From positions 1 to 64,000 of the forward strand of contig CM082579.2 of the NCBI GenBank assembly GCA_040954595.2: 64,000 nt of DNA, in the 5' to 3' direction. Source of the stretch: Balanoglossus misakiensis (lineage: Eukaryota > Animalia > Hemichordata). The notes below the pieces were generated by a model, which saw only the letters and a list, made by a program, of their open reading frames with translations, had not been told where the DNA came from and did no database searches. The position numbers were made by a program, and so were the translations under genes. The first letter of the stretch is position 1. Every line of letters begins with the position of its first letter. Positions 60,448 through 64,000 of the stretch are shown piece by piece.

Positions 60448-63400
60448 CTGAAAGGAAAATAACAGTGATGGAAAATTGAAGGAAGACTGTTCTGACAGTT
60501 AAGTTCTGTTGGTCACAAGCGATTTCTAACCAAGAATCGTTTAAGCATCAATTCTTTATTACAGAGTTTCCTAACTGTTCAAAGGTGATAAAAAAGAGTC
60601 ATTTTGATGTCAAATAAAATTTATTTTAAATGACCAAACATAACCTGCAAAGATGTCTGTCATGCAATATTAGAAAAATTGTACCAAGAATACCTGTTCA
60701 GGTTCCATTTTTTCTGCAATTCTTGTTCTCACAAACGATACTACTTCTTGATTTGATAAGACATCCCAAATACCATCGCATGCTAACACTAAAAATTCAT
60801 GGTCTTCTGTGATATCTTTGACTATGACATCTGGTACAGCTACAGCATGTATAAAAAAATAGCATCAATGACACTGTGCTCCCATTTAATCAAGAATGTT
60901 ACATTCACATGTCACACACACATGCCAGTTGTATTTGGCCTCATATAGTGATCAATTTTTAATACTAAACCACAAGGTCACCCCTTTGGCATTAAAATTA
61001 AATATGTACATAATCTAGAGCCAATACATGGATAAAATCTGATGAAATACACTCATAGGACCCTGGAAACCAAAGTTCAAACTAAATGGATGAGCATGTG
61101 CATGTATACATATTAGCATATATTGTCCAGGTATCCAGTTTCAATGAAATCAGTTCAGGAATGTCTGAGTAATGACTACAGAATCCAACCCATTAGTCCC
61201 CCTGACTTTGTCCATAGTGACTTAAATGTTAGCTACCATTTACCTGTGACTATCTGTTCTTCTGGTTTCTTTTTGTCATTTTTCTTGAATACAAAATCAC
61301 CTAGTGCCCTTGATAGTGCAAGGTTTCCTGAAATAAAATAGTTGAGGAAATTTGTCGAGGATGTACTAAGCCCACATTTCAGTACACACATTATAGGACC
61401 ACCATACTATTTTATGTTTTGCAAGGACATTATCAGCGAGTTAAATTGAGCATCAAACAAAAAGACAGACTTTACTACATACCATTTACTCTGTTGAATT
61501 CTACCCAACCACCAGCCGCTATTATCCTTTTAGTTTCATCTTCATTGCTAGGTTTATGATCAAATGATAACTGTTGGACTTGTCCTCTTATAGAAGCTAC
61601 GGCTCTGGAATCTCCAACATTACCCTAAAAGGAAAATCATGAACAAAAGTCTGAATCAGGATAACTCCCAAACTCCCTCCCTTCCCCTCACAATACAAAC
61701 ATGCATCCCAAACCCTTATATCACAAGAGTACTATTCAGTTCAAAGTGTTGGTTCACAAAAGTATTCTCAGTTTGAAAAGTTTTTTCACACATATGTAGG
61801 CATACATTCTAAAACACTGGAGAGGAGAAGACATACGCTTTGTTTTCGCGTCAAGGACACGGTGGTCCCATTGAGTTATTACACAAGAAAAAGTCTACAC
61901 CTGAGTACATGGCCATACTGTATACAGACAGACAGACAGAAACACACATAGCGAGAGATCAATGGGCAAGCACTGACTGACCCATAAGCTGCCAATGGCA
62001 TATGTACTGTACATACACTAAATAGAACAGCTGGCCTCTTTAAAACTTCGCCAGTTATGTAATCATTCAGGAATTTGGGAATTTGCTGTGTATATACAAA
62101 ATCACAGGGGCTTGCTGCCTAATTTAAACAACTCAATAAAGTAAATACACAAAGCAATCTGACCAGTAGTTCTTGAATTACTGAGTTTTGACCAAATTCA
62201 CATTTTTCCAGCTAATTTGCATATTTTTGACAATGACAACTTCATTTGAACAAACTCCCATCTACAGCCCAGCCTGCATCTGCACATTAAATATCAAGGT
62301 GATACATGCAGCGGTTTTCAAGTTTTTGATGTGGACGGACATACAGACATACATCCATCCATACATCCATCCATCCATCCATACATACATACATACAGAC
62401 GCAACCGATCCCATAAGGTCCCATGGTACATACCAATGGGACCTAAAAAATGACAAATGGAATTGCTACAATTATCAATTCAGACTGTGCTGTCTTCTAC
62501 AAAGTTCTCCACCGATCCAGTGTTAAGGTAGGTGGCCATTTCACATAATATGTGCATAAGCTGACAAGACAATAGTTGTTAAAATGATACTACAATTTTA
62601 TTCTGTGTCACAAGCAATTGTCACTGACACTATACATGTACCTTCTAGTGTTCTCCCTAGAGCAGTTATAGAGTAGGGGCCCCTATCATTTATGTTTGGA
62701 AAACAATAGAAACTTTAAAACAAGGAGTGATAAAATGAAGATAGGCAGCCTCACCATCAAAACTTGCAGTGTAGAACACTTTAAAATGCAAGACTGTGAC
62801 TTAAACCTCTGAACACAAACCTCAAAATAAAATGTGTAGTAAATACTTACACAATACATCTTGTTGTTTTTTATTAACACTACTACAGCTGTTGTGCCTG
62901 CCAGTTCATCTTTCATTATATCATCTAACATTAAGGTAAAGAAGAGATGATTGATATCCTCATGAGCACTAATAGCATCCAGTTAACAATCTTAACATCT
63001 CAAATCAACATTGAGTGGAAAAACTTTCATGTGATCCCTTTTTAATTAAATCACTCTGTAGAATTCCAACCAAATGTCAATTTACCAAAAGCAAGCTGCC
63101 TTTAATTTCCTCTGACACAGTTATATTGTCATATATCATAATGTAAAAGCATGGTCACTCCACGCATGATCATGAAACGCCTTTGTGTAAAGGTGTTAAT
63201 CACTTGGACAATTAAAACAGACCATGTCATCTGTTATGTACTTCCTTCCCCTTGACTAGAATAAAGAAAGGGTTATATACATGCATAATATAAATATCAT
63301 TCACTTTTTTCGTTTATCCTTCCTTTTCTGGCATACAGGTCAAAGAGTTTTGAATTGAGTGAAATAACTTACCTTCAAGCATGTCTTCATCTATTGATAT

Positions 63401-63879
63401 GAATCCACCTTTAATAGCTTCACCTATGTCACCTCGTGAATAGGCCGGCTGTTTGAGAATCCTGTTATGTAAATGTTTACCTGCATACTGAGCAACTTTT
63501 GCTCCTGTCAAAAGAGAATTAAGAAAAAGTTGTAAGTATAAAAACAGGGGTGTACACCACAAACCTTTCCAAAAATTTACAAGGGTATTGAATCCATGTG
63601 CATACCATACAATATTTGCCTAGGAGAGATTCATGAAGTTAGAGGTATAAGTCCACCTTGAAAATCTAGTCACACACACCATGGATACTGGAGGGAGTTG
63701 ATCATATAAAGTTTCACTCGGTGGGCCATTACATTTCATCACACATTACGTATACATTCAATTATAATCGGAATATAAACAGTTCACCAGCTTACCTCCA
63801 TGTCCATCATAGACAGCAAAAAATGCTGAATTTTTATCATCTTGCAATGATAAAATATGTGTATGTGCATCTTCCATAT
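60235..63879 (-). CDS. Protein phosphatase 2C (PPM family, Ptc2/Ptc3 / C. elegans T23F11.1-like), 5'-partial, 7 coding exons in window
   Basis: The spliced translation contains [55 protein letters not shown] and GCDNMT. All six introns are GT-AG with consistent phases. The first coding exon lies beyond 64000. Confidence 0.95.
60694..60839 (-). CDS. PP2C exon [27 protein letters not shown]...MEPEQ
   Basis: tgtag acceptor, gtatt donor, phase 1-0; CDGIWD motif. Confidence 0.93.
61244..61327 (-). CDS. PP2C exon [29 protein letters not shown]
   Basis: ttcag acceptor, gtaaat donor, phase 1-1. Confidence 0.93.
61483..61624 (-). CDS. PP2C exon [25 protein letters not shown]...FNRVN-G
   Basis: ttttag acceptor, gtatg donor, phase 0-1. 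Confidence 0.93.
62100..62450 (+). mobile_element. Intronic Helentron/HINE (DINE-1 or pearl-like) non-autonomous remnant with (CATC/CATA)n microsatellite and terminal hairpin
   Basis: Tetranucleotide microsatellite at ~62334-62400, then hairpin AGGTCCCAT-N11-ATGGGACCT (62416-62444) and an A-run. The left boundary is uncertain. Confidence 0.5.
62851..62924 (-). CDS. PP2C exon [25 protein letters not shown]
   Basis: tag acceptor, gtaag donor, phase 1-0; GTTA motif. Confidence 0.92.
63373..63504 (-). CDS. PP2C exon [13 protein letters not shown]...IDEDMLE
   Basis: cag acceptor, gtaag donor, phase 1-1. Confidence 0.92.
63796..63879 (-). CDS. PP2C exon (xAT)[28 protein letters not shown]
   Basis: tag acceptor at 63880-63882, gtaag donor at 63791-63795; metal-binding motifs ED and DGHG. 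Confidence 0.93.
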
Positions 63880-64000
63880 CTATTTAAAGCATGTAAGGAA
63901 AACTAAATGACCTGGTTTTGATGATGGTCCAATTTATTTTGGTCTATTATTTTCCTTCACTAGGATGCTCTCCAGAAAGCCGAAATTCAATTAAAGCCCC

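Overview
The window is the left end of a eukaryotic (metazoan-type TTAGGG) chromosome, probably an invertebrate. It opens with a (CCCTAA)n telomere (1-1661). About 40 kb of GC/CpG-rich subtelomeric satellites follow in layers: a 70-bp repeat with embedded telomeric motifs, a 52-bp repeat punctuated by near-identical 425-bp cassettes, a 21-kb 46/32-bp array with multi-kb higher-order repeats, a 21-bp G-rich repeat and a second 46-bp repeat. These satellites share sequence motifs and look related by descent. Nearly every 52/46/32-bp unit carries an ETS-type CCGGAAG/CAGGAAG motif, making the block a candidate TERRA-promoter-like array (inference). At about 41.8 kb the sequence turns abruptly AT-rich. 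It contains a duplicated module with an inverted interstitial telomere tract, a ~282-bp satellite, microsatellite-armed inverted repeats, a PIF/Harbinger-type MITE, a long palindrome and a Helentron/HINE-like remnant. The only convincing gene is a minus-strand, intron-containing PP2C phosphatase (Ptc2/Ptc3-like, 7 exons visible, 5' end beyond the window). The long ORFs in the ORF track are translations of repeats.
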